Numbered from the stretch's first letter, positions 50,068-60,484 are shown. The stretch is 64,000 nucleotides of DNA from an uncultured bacterium (GCA_963785075.1 CAWATW010000001.1:69598-133597), one strand, 5' to 3'. Numbers and translations are program-made. The notes: a model not told the origin generated them from the sequence alone.

Positions 50068-51125
50068 CGCTGATCGAAGTCCACCACGACCCGGTCCGAT
50101 CGTGGATGGGCCTGGCACGTGAGGGTGAAACCGCGGCTCAGGTCTTCTTCGACCAGGGCGAAGTTCCTGGTCATCTCGACCTCTCCCTCGGTCACCTTGG
50201 CTTTGCAGGATGCGCACATCCCTCCACGGCACGAATACGGCAGCTCCGGCCGCACGGACAGGGCGGCGTCGAGAAGCGACGTCTCTGGATCGAGTCGGAC
50301 GCTCGACTCGCGACCATCGAGAGTGAAGATCATCTCCGTGGAACCGCTGTGGGAGACGGGCGCTCGCACGACGTCGATCGGTCCTGAGAAGAAGAGCTCG
50401 TCGTGCACCGACTGAGGGTCTGCGCCGTGGTGCTCGATGAACGATCGGGCTGCGGTCACCATCTCATACGGTCCGCACAGGAACCACTCGTCGACCGAAC
50501 CGAAGTCCACGAGCGTGGCAAAGAGGGCACGAAGGCGCTCCTCGTCTATGCGGCCCGTCAAGAGCGGCACCGTCTCCTCTTGCGAAAGTACGTGGATGAG
50601 GTGCAGCCGGGATCCGTACCGGTCCTTCAAACCCTCGACCTCGTCGAGGAACATCACGGAGGTGGCTCGGCGATTGCCGAAGATGATCGTCCATCGCGAC
50701 CCCGGTTCCTTCTCGAGGGTCGTGGAGACGAGTGACAACACGGGTGTGATACCCGAGCCGGCGACGATCGCGCATCGGTGAGCTGAGACCTCGGCGTCGG
50801 CCTCGATGACGAAGTCACCGATCGGTGCCATCGCCTCGAGAATGTCACCAGCCCTGAGTCGAGTGGTGGCAAAGGTGGAGAAGGCACCGTCTTCGAGACG
50901 CTTCACACCGATCCTGAGCTTCCCCTGGTTGGCATTCGAGCAGATCGAGTACGACCGTCGGACGTCCACGCCGTCGATGAACGCCCTGAACACCATGTGC
51001 TGCCCGGGCAGGTAGCGGAAGACATCCCTCAGCTCCCCGGGCACCTCGAGCGAGATGGCCACCGCATCATCGGTCAGCTCGGTGACCTCCGTCACCTCGA
51101 GTGGATGAAACTCCAGTGGTGTCAT
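50064..51125 (-). CDS. paaE: 1,2-phenylacetyl-CoA epoxidase reductase subunit PaaE (FNR-like + plant-type [2Fe-2S] ferredoxin)
   Basis: RxYS FAD motif RRSYSICS, NAD-binding GSGITP, and C-terminal CRGGMCASC...C cluster. Confidence 0.85.
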   Translation of the reverse strand: MTPLEFHPLEVTEVTELTDDAVAISLEVPGELRDVFRYLPGQHMVFRAFIDGVDVRRSYSICSNANQGKLRIGVKRLEDGAFSTFATTRLRAGDILEAMAPIGDFVIEADAEVSAHRCAIVAGSGITPVLSLVSTTLEKEPGSRWTIIFGNRRATSVMFLDEVEGLKDRYGSRLHLIHVLSQEETVPLLTGRIDEERLRALFATLVDFGSVDEWFLCGPYEMVTAARSFIEHHGADPQSVHDELFFSGPIDVVRAPVSHSGSTEMIFTLDGRESSVRLDPETSLLDAALSVRPELPYSCRGGMCASCKAKVTEGEVEMTRNFALVEEDLSRGFTLTCQAHPRSDRVVVDFDQR

Positions 51126-51228
51126 GCGTGCTCCGAGGCGTTCAGCGCCGGTAGGACGTTGAACGTAGAACGTAGAACGTCAGAGAGGGTCGTGACGACG
51201 GCGAACCGTGCTCGTGCGATCCGCACGC

Positions 51229-51723
51229 TCATCGGAGCTCCTTGAACAGGTCGAAGGGCTCGCCGCAGCTGGAGCAGACCATCAGGGCCTTGCAGGCGGT
51301 CGATCCGAACTCTGAGACGGTGCGCGGGTTGCCCATACGGCACCGTGGACAGCGGGCGGCATCCGGCGACGATGGGGGAGCGATGCCCGTGTCCTCCAAC
51401 TTGGCTCGGCCCTCGTCGGTCATCCAGTCGGTGGTCCAGGCGGGTGAGTAGGTGACTTCCACCTCCACGTGTCCGGCATCGACCGTCTGCAATGCCCCCC
51501 GGATGTCCTCGACGATCTGGGTCATGGCGGGGCACCCCGAATAGGTGGGCGTGATCACGACCCGTATCCCGCCGTCGATGGCCTCGACCGAACGGAGAAT
51601 CCCCATGTCGGCGATCGTGAGGGTTGGGATCTCCGGGTCTACGACGGTCCGGACGACACGTTGGGCGAGTTCGACGTCGAGGTGGGTCACCACGAAGCTG
51701 CCGGATGGGCTCGGGCGAGCCAT
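51229..51723 (-). CDS. paaD: phenylacetate-CoA oxygenase subunit PaaD (DUF59/MIP18 family)
   Basis: VVDPEIPTLTIADMGIL and the C-terminal Cys motif CPRCRMG...CSSCGEPFD. The 5' end overlaps paaC by about 37 nt, so the true start may be an internal GTG. Confidence 0.8.
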   Translation of the reverse strand: MARPSPSGSFVVTHLDVELAQRVVRTVVDPEIPTLTIADMGILRSVEAIDGGIRVVITPTYSGCPAMTQIVEDIRGALQTVDAGHVEVEVTYSPAWTTDWMTDEGRAKLEDTGIAPPSSPDAARCPRCRMGNPRTVSEFGSTACKALMVCSSCGEPFDLFKELR

Positions 51724-52472
51724 TGCATCTCGGCCAACACGTGGCCGAGCGCCTCGGTGTGGAAGCCGGCCCGACCACCGCCGCGCTGGCCGCCGCCGGT
51801 GGGGATGGCGACCGTGGCCTCACGGAGCACCGACTCGACCGTCGAACGCCATGGCGGCTCGAGCTCGGTTGGTCTCGGTCCCCAGCCGCCGGCGGCGGCG
51901 ATCTCGTCGACCTCATCGGTCCGGAACATCTCTTCTGTGTACCTCCAGAGCGTGTCGACGGCGGACTGCATCCGCCGGTGCGACTCTTCGGTACCGTCCC
52001 CGAGCCTGATCACCCAGGTGGACGAGTGTCGGAGGTGATAACGCGTTTCCTTCAGTGCCTTTGCGGCGATGCCTGCCAGCGTCGGATCTGACGAGCGGGT
52101 CATCTCTTCCCACAGCGGCAGTTGGTAGGCGTCCAACAGCAGGGCCCGCGCCATGGTGTGGGCGAAGTCTCCGTTGGGCTGCTCCACGAGGAGGAGGTTG
52201 GTGAACGCCCGCTCGTCTCTGAACATGGCCAGGTCGTTCTCGTTCCGACCCGTTCCTTCCAAGGACGCAGCGTGGGTCAACAAGGCTCTGGCCTGCCCGA
52301 GGTGGTCGAGGCCGATGTTGCCGAGGGCAATGTCTTCCTCCAGCTCCGGCCCTCGGGAGATCCACTCACCGAGGCGCTGGGCGAGTATCAGGTTGTCGTC
52401 GGCGTGTCTGAGGACGTACGCCACGTGGGGGTCGGATGTCGCTGTCGGCGTGCCCTGCGGGGCGGTGGACAT
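51687..52472 (-). CDS. paaC: phenylacetate-CoA oxygenase subunit PaaC
   Basis: Start MSTAPQG at about 52472. Ferritin-like subunit with PaaC-type blocks ILAQRLGEWI and DLAMFRDERAF. Confidence 0.8.
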   Translation of the reverse strand: MSTAPQGTPTATSDPHVAYVLRHADDNLILAQRLGEWISRGPELEEDIALGNIGLDHLGQARALLTHAASLEGTGRNENDLAMFRDERAFTNLLLVEQPNGDFAHTMARALLLDAYQLPLWEEMTRSSDPTLAGIAAKALKETRYHLRHSSTWVIRLGDGTEESHRRMQSAVDTLWRYTEEMFRTDEVDEIAAAGGWGPRPTELEPPWRSTVESVLREATVAIPTGGGQRGGGRAGFHTEALGHVLAEMQWLARAHPAASW

Positions 52473-52486
52473 CGATCGATCGGCAC

Positions 52487-52835
52487 TCACATGTGCCCCA
52501 CTTCGTCGGGAATCTCGTAGTACGTGGCGTGGCGATACGGCTTCTCGATGGCCTCGAAGAGCTCTTCGCCGTCGTCGGGATCCGATGCGGTCACTTCGTC
52601 CGACGGAACGACCCACACGCTGACACCTTCACGGCGCCGGGTGTAGACGTCTCGTGCGTGCTGGAGTGCCGTCTCTGCATCCGGCGCATGGAGACTGCCG
52701 GCGTGGGTGTGTGACATGCCTCGTCGGGCCCTGACGAACACCTCCCACATCGGCCACGCAGCACCATCACCGGATTCGAGGGTGTCTTCCGGGGTCGGAT
52801 TCTCTCCTGGAGCGGCGTGCACCTCGTACGGCATC
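52487..52835 (-). CDS. paaB: phenylacetate-CoA oxygenase subunit PaaB
   Basis: WPMWEVFVRARRGMSHTHAGSLHAPDAETALQHARDVYTRR is the canonical PaaB core. About 115 aa. The start overlaps the paaA stop. Confidence 0.85.
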
Positions 52836-53769
52836 AGGCGACCTCCCGGCCAGACTGGTGCTTGGCCGCATGGGCGGCCGCCGCCTCCCGGACCCAGGCA
52901 CCACCTTCCCAGTGCTCGACCTTGTGATCGATACGGTCGCGGTTCATCGGTCCGTCCCCTTTGACGACCCTCCAGAACTCGTCCCAGTCGATCGCGCCGA
53001 AGTCGTAGTGAGCCCGATCCTCGTTCCACCCCAGGTCGGGGTCCGGGATGCGCAACCCGAGATACTCCGCCTGGGGGACCGTCATGTCGACGAACTGCTG
53101 GCGCAGCTCGTCGTTCGAGACCCGTTTGATCTTCCATGTCATCGACTGTTCGGTGTGGGTCGATTCCGAGTCGTGAGGCCCGAACATCATGAGTGATGGC
53201 CACCACCACCGGTCCAGCGCGTCTTGGGCCATGGCCCGTTGCGTCTCCGTGCCCGACGACAGGGTCATCATGATCCGGTATCCCTGACGCTGGTGGAACG
53301 ACTCTTCCTTGCAGATTCGCACCATCGCCCGTGCATAGGGCCCATACGAGCACCGTGTCAGCATCACCTGGTTGGTGATGGCGGCACCATCGACCAGCCA
53401 TCCGATGGCACCGATGTCCGCCCACGACAGCGTGGGGTAGTTGAAGATCGACGAGTACTTCTGCTTTCCCTGGTGGAGTAGGTCGACCAGCGTGTCCCGG
53501 GTCACACCGAGCGTCTCTGCGGCCGAGTACAGATAGAGCCCATGTCCCGCCTCATCCTGGACCTTGGCCATCAGGATGGCTTTCCGCTCGAGCGATGGCG
53601 CACGGGTGATCCAGTTGCCTTCCGGCTGCATCCCGATCACCTCGCTGTGGGCGTGCTGGGCGATCTGTCGGATCAGGGTCGAGCGATACCCGTCAGGCAT
53701 CCAATCGGTCGGTTCGATCTTCTCTTCGGCGTCCACGAGGGCTTGGAAGTGGTTTTCGGGCGTGTCCAT
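52834..53769 (-). CDS. paaA: 1,2-phenylacetyl-CoA epoxidase catalytic subunit PaaA
   Basis: 311 aa. Di-iron ferritin-like motifs ([16 protein letters not shown]) and the PaaA-specific N-terminus. Confidence 0.9.
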   Translation of the reverse strand: MDTPENHFQALVDAEEKIEPTDWMPDGYRSTLIRQIAQHAHSEVIGMQPEGNWITRAPSLERKAILMAKVQDEAGHGLYLYSAAETLGVTRDTLVDLLHQGKQKYSSIFNYPTLSWADIGAIGWLVDGAAITNQVMLTRCSYGPYARAMVRICKEESFHQRQGYRIMMTLSSGTETQRAMAQDALDRWWWPSLMMFGPHDSESTHTEQSMTWKIKRVSNDELRQQFVDMTVPQAEYLGLRIPDPDLGWNEDRAHYDFGAIDWDEFWRVVKGDGPMNRDRIDHKVEHWEGGAWVREAAAAHAAKHQSGREVA

Positions 53770-53780
53770 GGCGCCAGGCT

Positions 53781-53798
53781 AACGAACGATCGTTCGTT
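53781..53798. promoter_or_regulatory. perfect 18-bp palindrome AACGAACGATCGTTCGTT, putative PaaR operator upstream of paaA
   Basis: Self-complementary across 18 nt. The core CGAACGATCGTTCG fits a CNAACGNNCGTTNG-type TetR/PaaR operator. It lies 12 nt upstream of the paaA start, in the 70-nt divergent region. Confidence 0.6.
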
Positions 53799-53838
53799 CG
53801 GCAATGGCTGATCGCAGCTCCCGTCTACGCTCATCGCC

Positions 53839-54444
53839 ATGGCGGAAGTGCACATGCTCGACCCCAAGATCCGTGTGGTCTGGACGGTCGGATCACTCAT
53901 CCCGATCGCGGTGCTGGCACTCACATCGGTCGGTCTCGCCGTTGCAGGGATCCCGGAGGCGGCGATCCCGGTCGGGGTGGTCGCCTTGGCGTTCGGCGCG
54001 GTGGCGTTGTGGCTGCCCACGGCACGATGGAAGTCCTGGCTCTATCGGCTGACCGACACCGAGCTCATCATCGCATTCGGAGTGTTGGTGAAGGTCGAGC
54101 GCTGGCTTCCCAGAACCCGGATTCAACACGTCGACATCGTCGGCGGTCCCATCGAGCGGGCGCTTGGGCTCCGGCAGCTCGTCATATACACAGCCGGCAC
54201 GAGAGAGGCGGACGTCACGGTCCCCGGGCTTCCGCAGGCGACGGCAGAGTCACTCCGCGACGACCTGCTGTCATGGGTCAGATCCACGCGCCCGGCCGTC
54301 GATTGCGGTGCCGGCGTGCCCGCGTCTCCGATCGGCAGCGATCCTCCTCGGGACGACGAACGAGCGCCAGGAGGTGGACCGGACGAAGACCAGCCGGAAG
54401 AGCTCGGCGCCGATCCGGATCCGATCGATCCCCGGCTTCCATGA
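53839..54444 (+). CDS. bPH_2 (bacterial PH-domain, YdbS-like) membrane protein
   Basis: Two N-terminal TM helices, then a PH-like region (YRLTDTELIIAFGVLVKVERWLPRTRIQHVDIVGGPIERALGLRQLVIYTAG). Acidic/Pro-rich tail. Confidence 0.65.
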   Translation: MAEVHMLDPKIRVVWTVGSLIPIAVLALTSVGLAVAGIPEAAIPVGVVALAFGAVALWLPTARWKSWLYRLTDTELIIAFGVLVKVERWLPRTRIQHVDIVGGPIERALGLRQLVIYTAGTREADVTVPGLPQATAESLRDDLLSWVRSTRPAVDCGAGVPASPIGSDPPRDDERAPGGGPDEDQPEELGADPDPIDPRLP

Positions 54445-55892
54445 ACGAGCCTCAGCGGCTCCATCCGCTCACGCTTGTGCTCGGTCCGCTTCGAGTCCTA
54501 CGAGGCTGGCTCGTCCCGCTCGTCATCGCCTTTGCCATCGGCCGAGGTGGGGGAGTAGAGAGCCTCGCCGACTTCGCCTTCGTGTTCGCGCTCGTCGGGT
54601 TCGGTGTCCTCCGCCAGGTGCTCGAGGTCGTCAGGGTCCGGTGGTGGATGGACGGAGAGGCATTCCAGATGCGGGTGGGGATCCTCCAGCTCGAGTCGCG
54701 GTCGGTTCCGATCGAGCGCATCCAGAATGTCGACATCACCGAGCCACTCATCGCACGATTCCTGGGTCTGGCAGAGGTCAAGATCGAGACGGCAGGTTCC
54801 GGTGGAGGAGACTTGGCCCTCCGTTACATCTCGCTGACCCAGGCCCAGGAGCTCAGAGAGGCCCTGATCGCACGAGCAGGAGTGGCAGGCGGGGGAGAGC
54901 AGCGGGCGGTCGAGACGCTGGTCCAAACCGATCTGGGGGAGTTGTTGATCGCCGGAGCGACCGCCAACCGGATCGGAGCCCTGCTGGTGCTGATGGGGGC
55001 GGCGTGGGGATGGGCGCTCGAGGTGGGCGTCGATCCCCAGGATGCGCTCACCGGTGCCGGCGACGTCGTCGTGGACACGAACCCGGTGGCGCTGGCAGGT
55101 CTTGCGCTGGTGACGATGGTCCTCGTCGGATGGGTCGTGTCGATCGGCGCCACCGTGCTCCGGTACCACGGCTTTCTGCTCACCCAGGACGGCGAGGACC
55201 TTCGGCGGGAGCACGGCCTCCTCAGCCGGTCGTCCGGACTCATCCCACTGAAGCGTGTGCAGGCGGTGCGCATCGAGCGACCCTGGCTGCGGAGGGTCTT
55301 CCACCGGGCCTCGATCGTGGCCGACACGGCAGGGTCGGTGGCCGCCGCCACGGATACCGGGTCGGGGGTGGTGGCGCCCATCATCGGAGACGGCGCGGTG
55401 GCACGATTGGCCGAACGCGTGCTGGGCATTCCCATTCCCCCTCCAGAGATGCTCCTCTCGGTCAGCCGGTTGGCCATCCGACGAGGGTTCGTCAGGGTGG
55501 CGGTGCCGATCGGGTTCGCCACGTTGGCGCTGTTGGCCTTCAGGCCCCGGGTGGCCTGGGCGCCGCTGCTGCTTCTCCCGTTGGCGTACGGGTGGGCCTT
55601 GCTTCGCTACCGATCGCTCGCCTATCGAGTCGACGGTCGTCTGGTGATGGCGCAGGCCGGCGTGTTGACTCGTCGACAGTGGTTGGTGCCCACGGCCAAG
55701 GTTCAGTCCACGGTGGTGCGATCCTCGTTGTTCCAGCGAAGACTCGGGTTGGCGACCTTGTCGCTCGACACGGCAGGGCCCGGCACACGAAAGGTGACGG
55801 TGATCGACCTCCCGGTCGACGACGCACGGTCGATCGCAGCCGACCTCTCGGCGTTGTCTGCTCTCACGGGTCTCGACTCCGACGGTGTGTGA
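54441..55892 (+). CDS. YdbT-like membrane protein with three bPH_2 repeats
   Basis: ATG at 54441 overlaps the upstream stop (ATGA). Has repeated blocks of the type 'RIQNVDITEPLIARFLGLAEVKIETAG' / 'RVQAVRIERPWLRRVFHRASIVADTAG' / 'KVQSTVVRSSLFQRRLGLATLSLDTAG'. The track ORF start at 54009 is RG-rich junk. Confidence 0.7.
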   Translation: MNEPQRLHPLTLVLGPLRVLRGWLVPLVIAFAIGRGGGVESLADFAFVFALVGFGVLRQVLEVVRVRWWMDGEAFQMRVGILQLESRSVPIERIQNVDITEPLIARFLGLAEVKIETAGSGGGDLALRYISLTQAQELREALIARAGVAGGGEQRAVETLVQTDLGELLIAGATANRIGALLVLMGAAWGWALEVGVDPQDALTGAGDVVVDTNPVALAGLALVTMVLVGWVVSIGATVLRYHGFLLTQDGEDLRREHGLLSRSSGLIPLKRVQAVRIERPWLRRVFHRASIVADTAGSVAAATDTGSGVVAPIIGDGAVARLAERVLGIPIPPPEMLLSVSRLAIRRGFVRVAVPIGFATLALLAFRPRVAWAPLLLLPLAYGWALLRYRSLAYRVDGRLVMAQAGVLTRRQWLVPTAKVQSTVVRSSLFQRRLGLATLSLDTAGPGTRKVTVIDLPVDDARSIAADLSALSALTGLDSDGV

Positions 55893-55982
55893 ATCACGGG
55901 TCCCGTGACAGGTCGAGCACCGTGCGACGTGCGTGGGTGGGCGCTCGTTCGGAGCCGAGCCTTCCACGTCACGCGGGTTCTC

Positions 55983-57659
55983 TCACTCGCGTGGCAGTAC
56001 GAGTGTGAAGCAGGATCCACCCAGCAGTTGTGAGCGTCGGTACTCCACGTACCCGCCGTGGGCTTTGGCGACGGCGTCGACGACGGCGAGCCCGATTCCG
56101 GAGCCTTGCACCTGGGAGTCGAGGCGATGGGTGCCACGCTCGAAGTGCTCCCAGATCACCTCGCGGTACCGATATGGCACACCGGGACCGTCGTCGTGGA
56201 CTTCGATCATCAACAGACGATCGGTCGCCTGAACATCCACGATGCACTGTCCGTTGCCGTACCGGATTGCATTCGACAAGTAGTTGTTGATCGCCTGGCG
56301 GAGCCGATCCGGGTCCGCCATCAAGGACACACCGGTCAGGCCGCGACGTTGAACCGTGCCGGTCTGGAGGTCCGCCGCTGCTGCATCGATCACGTCGTCG
56401 AGCTCGATGTTCCGCGCTCTCAGCTTCAGCCCGGCGCGACTGTTCCTCGACAGAAGGATCAGATCTTCGACCATGCGAGCCATGTACCGGGTCTGGTCCA
56501 GAGCGATCCCGGCGAGCTCCCCTCGTTCCTCCGCCGGCAACTGGTCGCCGTGACTCTCGATCAGCTCGAGCGACGCCAGTATTGCGGTCACAGGCGTCCG
56601 TACCTCGTGGCTGATCGACGCCACGAGCTCGCGGCGCTGGGTCTCGAGCGAAATGCGGTTCTCGCGCAGTGCGACGGCCTGGCGGATGAGGACGAGAAGG
56701 ATGACGAGCGCCACGCCCACCGCGTACTCGAGCGACCGAGATTCGTCCACGAGCGAGATGATCGAAGCCGCTTCGAGACTGAGGACGGTCACCAGCGCCA
56801 CGACGATGACATACGGGAAGGCGGTGATGAGCCTCGGTGCGGCCGACCGCCGGATCTGGGGTTCCAGGACCCGGTCGGGGAGTATCGCCGTGACGGCGTA
56901 GGCGCTGACCGCCAGCAACGTGAGGCCCACCACCACGTGGTCCGGCTCGGTCGCCACCAGCGTGTCGGGCCGGGTGGCATCGAGGTAGACGAGGTCCACG
57001 ATCACTTGGATGGTCAAACCCGCAGAGAGCATCAGCATGCGACCGTCGAGCCTCACCGCGGTCCGGCGAACGGTGACCGTTATCACGCTGACCAACACCA
57101 TCAGGTCGATCACCGGATAGAGCCGACCCATCGTCATCTGGTAGGTGCTCCCCGACGTCGCCGCCACGATGTCGCCCACGAAGAAGACCCACAAGAGCAC
57201 GGCAATTCCCAGCCCACCGATGAGCCCGTCGAACGCCGTTTGCACCCGCAGCGCCTTGATCCCGCCGCCATGTGGCAGCTGGATGACCCCGATCATCCCG
57301 CACAAGCTGGCGGTCAGGAAGAACAGGTCGGCGGCGCCGAAGCGGAGCTGCTCGGTGGCGAAGGTCGCTTCGGCAACGACGCTGACGATCAGCCCAACCG
57401 AACCGACCAGGAGCCCGGCCGCCACCCATCTCCATCCCCGGCGTTCCATCTTCGAGAGGTGGAGGGCTCGCCTCCAGAGGACGGTACCGGAGGCGGTCAT
57501 CAACGCCCAGGCGACGGCAACACCGACCACCAGTTGCCATTCCGATCGCCCCCACACGACCACGGGCACGGAGACCAGAGCCGTCCCGACCACGTAGGGG
57601 ACTGCTCGATGAAGCCGGGGTAGGGCGATCAAGCCCTCGCTGGGTACCACTGCCACCAT
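55983..57659 (-). CDS. polytopic membrane sensor histidine kinase (orphan)
   Basis: At least 8 TM helices in the N-terminus. H-box ASISHEVRTPVTAI. HATPase N/G boxes (YLSNAIRYG, GSGIGLAVV). Confidence 0.8.
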   Translation of the reverse strand: MVAVVPSEGLIALPRLHRAVPYVVGTALVSVPVVVWGRSEWQLVVGVAVAWALMTASGTVLWRRALHLSKMERRGWRWVAAGLLVGSVGLIVSVVAEATFATEQLRFGAADLFFLTASLCGMIGVIQLPHGGGIKALRVQTAFDGLIGGLGIAVLLWVFFVGDIVAATSGSTYQMTMGRLYPVIDLMVLVSVITVTVRRTAVRLDGRMLMLSAGLTIQVIVDLVYLDATRPDTLVATEPDHVVVGLTLLAVSAYAVTAILPDRVLEPQIRRSAAPRLITAFPYVIVVALVTVLSLEAASIISLVDESRSLEYAVGVALVILLVLIRQAVALRENRISLETQRRELVASISHEVRTPVTAILASLELIESHGDQLPAEERGELAGIALDQTRYMARMVEDLILLSRNSRAGLKLRARNIELDDVIDAAAADLQTGTVQRRGLTGVSLMADPDRLRQAINNYLSNAIRYGNGQCIVDVQATDRLLMIEVHDDGPGVPYRYREVIWEHFERGTHRLDSQVQGSGIGLAVVDAVAKAHGGYVEYRRSQLLGGSCFTLVLPRE

Positions 57660-57742
57660 TGAATCGTCGGCATCTGTATGCCATCTCTATAGCTGATATT
57701 GGCCTTCGAGACCGGGCACCCGGCCTATTACCCTCGCGGGCG

Positions 57743-60484
57743 ATGCACTACGACCACCGTGAGATCGAGCCTCGTTGGCAGGCCGAATGGGACGAAGAAG
57801 GGCTGTATCGATCAGAGGTCGATTGGTCCCGTCCGAAGCACTACGCGTTGACGATGCTCCCGTATCCCTCAGGGGATCTCCACATCGGCCATTGGTTCGC
57901 CATGACGCCTTCCGATGCCCGGGCGCGATACATGCGGATGAAGGGACACAATGTTCTCTTCCCGATGGGCTTCGACGCCTTCGGGCTACCTGCGGAGAAC
58001 GCCGCTGTCCAACGCGGCATTCATCCGGCCAAGTGGACGTGGGAGAACATCGGTCGGATGCGAGAGCAGCTCCGGTCGATGGGAGCGATGTTCGACTGGG
58101 AGCGTGAGGCGATCAGCTGCGAGCCGTCGTACTACCGGTGGACCGAATGGTTCTTCAAGAAGATGTGGGAGCACGGAATCGCCTACCGGGGCGAGGCGAT
58201 GGTCAATTGGTCACCCACGCTGCAGACGGTCCTCGCCAACGAGCAAGTGATCGACGGCAAGGACGAGCGTACCGGCCAGCCGGTCGTCCAGAAGATGATG
58301 GAGCAGTGGTTCTTCGCCATCACGAAATACGCCGATGAGCTTCTCGGGTACGGGGCGTCCGACTGGCCGGAGGCGATCATGACGATGCAGTCCAACTGGA
58401 TCGGGCGCTCCGAGGGCGCCAAGGTCGAGTTCCGGACCGAGGGCGGTGCCCCGATCGTCGTCTTCACCACGAGGCCGGACACGTTGTGGGGTGCCACGTT
58501 CATGGTGCTGGCGCCGGAACATCCGCTGGTGGACGAGATCACGTCCGAGGAGCAGCGAGCCGCCGTCGAGGCGTATCGGATCGCAGCCGCCAAGCGGACC
58601 GAGTTGGAGCGGCTCGAATCCGAGGAGCAGAAGACCGGTGTGTTCACCGGCGGTCATGCGATCAATCCCGTCAACGGCGAGAGGGTCCCGGTGTGGATCG
58701 CCGACTACGTGCTGTTCTCCTATGGCACCGGTGCGATCATGGCGGTCCCGGCGCACGATCAGCGTGACTTCGACTTCGCACGCAAGTTCGGGCTCGAGAT
58801 CCGGCCGGTGATCCAACCCGAAGGGTCGGCCGCCATGACCGGAGACGACATGTCGGAGGCATACGCCGGGCCCGGGGTCATGGTCGGGAGCGGCCCGATC
58901 GACGGTGTCGAAGCCACAGACGCCAAGGGACGCGCCAATCCGTCGATCGCAGCAACCATCGACTGGCTGGTGGAGCACGACCTGGGCGAGGAGGCCATCA
59001 ACTACCGGCTTCGCGACTGGTTGATCTCCCGGCAGCGGTACTGGGGCTCCCCGATTCCGATGGTGCACCGGGCCGACGGCCGGGTGGAGGCGGTACCGGA
59101 CGAGGATCTGCCCGTGGTGCTGCCTGAGGACGTCGTGTTCGAAGGCCGCAGCCCGCTCGCCGAAGACGAGGCGTTCATGGCCGCAATCGACAGCGACGGC
59201 AACCCGGCACGGCGGGAGACCGACACGATGGACACCTTCATGTGCTCGTCGTGGTACTGGTTCCGGTATCTCTCGCCGGGCTACGACGATGCTCCCTTCG
59301 ACCCGGAGGAGGCGGCCTATTGGCTCCCGGTCGACACCTACACTGGCGGCGCCGAACATGCCGTGATGCATCTCTTGTACGCCCGCTTCTTCGTGAAGGC
59401 GATGAGGGACATGGGCGTCTTCGACGACACCATCCGGATCATCGAAGAACATGACCACGATCCGCAGGGCCGGTTCGACGAGCCCTTCATGATGGTTCGC
59501 AACCAGGGCCAGGTCCTCGGTGAGGAGCGGGAGGGCGATCGTCTCGTCGTCGACGGGGAAAGGGTGGACGGTCGCGTCGTGGCGACCTCCGTGCGGGTGG
59601 ACCCCGGTGCCGGAGCCGAAGCCGGACTCGTGGTAGGCGAGCTGATCAGACGGACCGAAGCCACACTGCAGGTGATGACCGCAGACGGGACCGTCACCGT
59701 CGAGGTTCCTGCCACGGCAACCCTCGAGATCCCCGCGATCCCCGGCGACAACGACGTCAATCAGCTCAAGCACCATCTCGACGTACAGCGGATGTCGAAG
59801 TCGAAAGGCAACGTGATCAGTCCGGACGACCTCGTACGGCGTTATGGGGCGGACACGGTCAGGACGTATCTGATGTTCGCATTCGAGTGGCAGAAGGGCG
59901 GCCCCTGGGACTCGAGAGGGATCGTCGGCGCAAGGCGTTTCATCGAGGACGTGTGGCGTATCGGGACGCTGGAATACCGACCGCAGACCGTGTCCTCCGA
60001 CGCGGACAAGGGTCTGCGTCGTCTCACCCACCAGACCATGCAGAAGGTCGATGCCGACATGGTCGACTTCAAGTGGAACACGGCGGTGGCCGCGCTGATG
60101 TCGCTGAGGAATCGCATTCTCGACGCAGCCAAGTCCGAAGACGTGTCCGAGGATGCGTGGAAAGAGGCCGTCGACACGTTGTTGAAGCTCCTGGCACCAA
60201 TAGCACCCCACATCACCGAGGAACTGTGGCGTCGCGACCATGAGACGTCGATCCACCGCGAGTCGTGGCCGGAGGCCGACCCCGAGGTCGCTCGCGACGA
60301 AGTGGTCACCATGGTCGTTCAGGTCAACGGGAAGGTGAGGGACCGGCTCGAGGTACCGGCCGACATCTCCGCCGAGGACGCCGAGTCGCTCGCACTCGGC
60401 TCGGAGAAGATCAAGTCGTACACGGAGTCGGGTGTGAAGAAGGTGATCACCCGACCACCCAATCTGGTCAACGTCGTGGTTTGA
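57743..60484 (+). CDS. leuS: leucyl-tRNA synthetase
   Basis: HIGH motif (DLHIGH) and KMSKS (RMSKSKGN). 913 aa. The rest matches class I LeuS throughout. Confidence 0.95.
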   Translation: MHYDHREIEPRWQAEWDEEGLYRSEVDWSRPKHYALTMLPYPSGDLHIGHWFAMTPSDARARYMRMKGHNVLFPMGFDAFGLPAENAAVQRGIHPAKWTWENIGRMREQLRSMGAMFDWEREAISCEPSYYRWTEWFFKKMWEHGIAYRGEAMVNWSPTLQTVLANEQVIDGKDERTGQPVVQKMMEQWFFAITKYADELLGYGASDWPEAIMTMQSNWIGRSEGAKVEFRTEGGAPIVVFTTRPDTLWGATFMVLAPEHPLVDEITSEEQRAAVEAYRIAAAKRTELERLESEEQKTGVFTGGHAINPVNGERVPVWIADYVLFSYGTGAIMAVPAHDQRDFDFARKFGLEIRPVIQPEGSAAMTGDDMSEAYAGPGVMVGSGPIDGVEATDAKGRANPSIAATIDWLVEHDLGEEAINYRLRDWLISRQRYWGSPIPMVHRADGRVEAVPDEDLPVVLPEDVVFEGRSPLAEDEAFMAAIDSDGNPARRETDTMDTFMCSSWYWFRYLSPGYDDAPFDPEEAAYWLPVDTYTGGAEHAVMHLLYARFFVKAMRDMGVFDDTIRIIEEHDHDPQGRFDEPFMMVRNQGQVLGEEREGDRLVVDGERVDGRVVATSVRVDPGAGAEAGLVVGELIRRTEATLQVMTADGTVTVEVPATATLEIPAIPGDNDVNQLKHHLDVQRMSKSKGNVISPDDLVRRYGADTVRTYLMFAFEWQKGGPWDSRGIVGARRFIEDVWRIGTLEYRPQTVSSDADKGLRRLTHQTMQKVDADMVDFKWNTAVAALMSLRNRILDAAKSEDVSEDAWKEAVDTLLKLLAPIAPHITEELWRRDHETSIHRESWPEADPEVARDEVVTMVVQVNGKVRDRLEVPADISAEDAESLALGSEKIKSYTESGVKKVITRPPNLVNVVV

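Noticed and set aside
55969-57684. 571-aa minus ORF and 521-aa plus ORF (56058..57623) overlapping the histidine kinase
   Set aside because: Alternative-frame and antisense RG/H-rich artefacts. The kinase motifs are only in frame 55983..57659.
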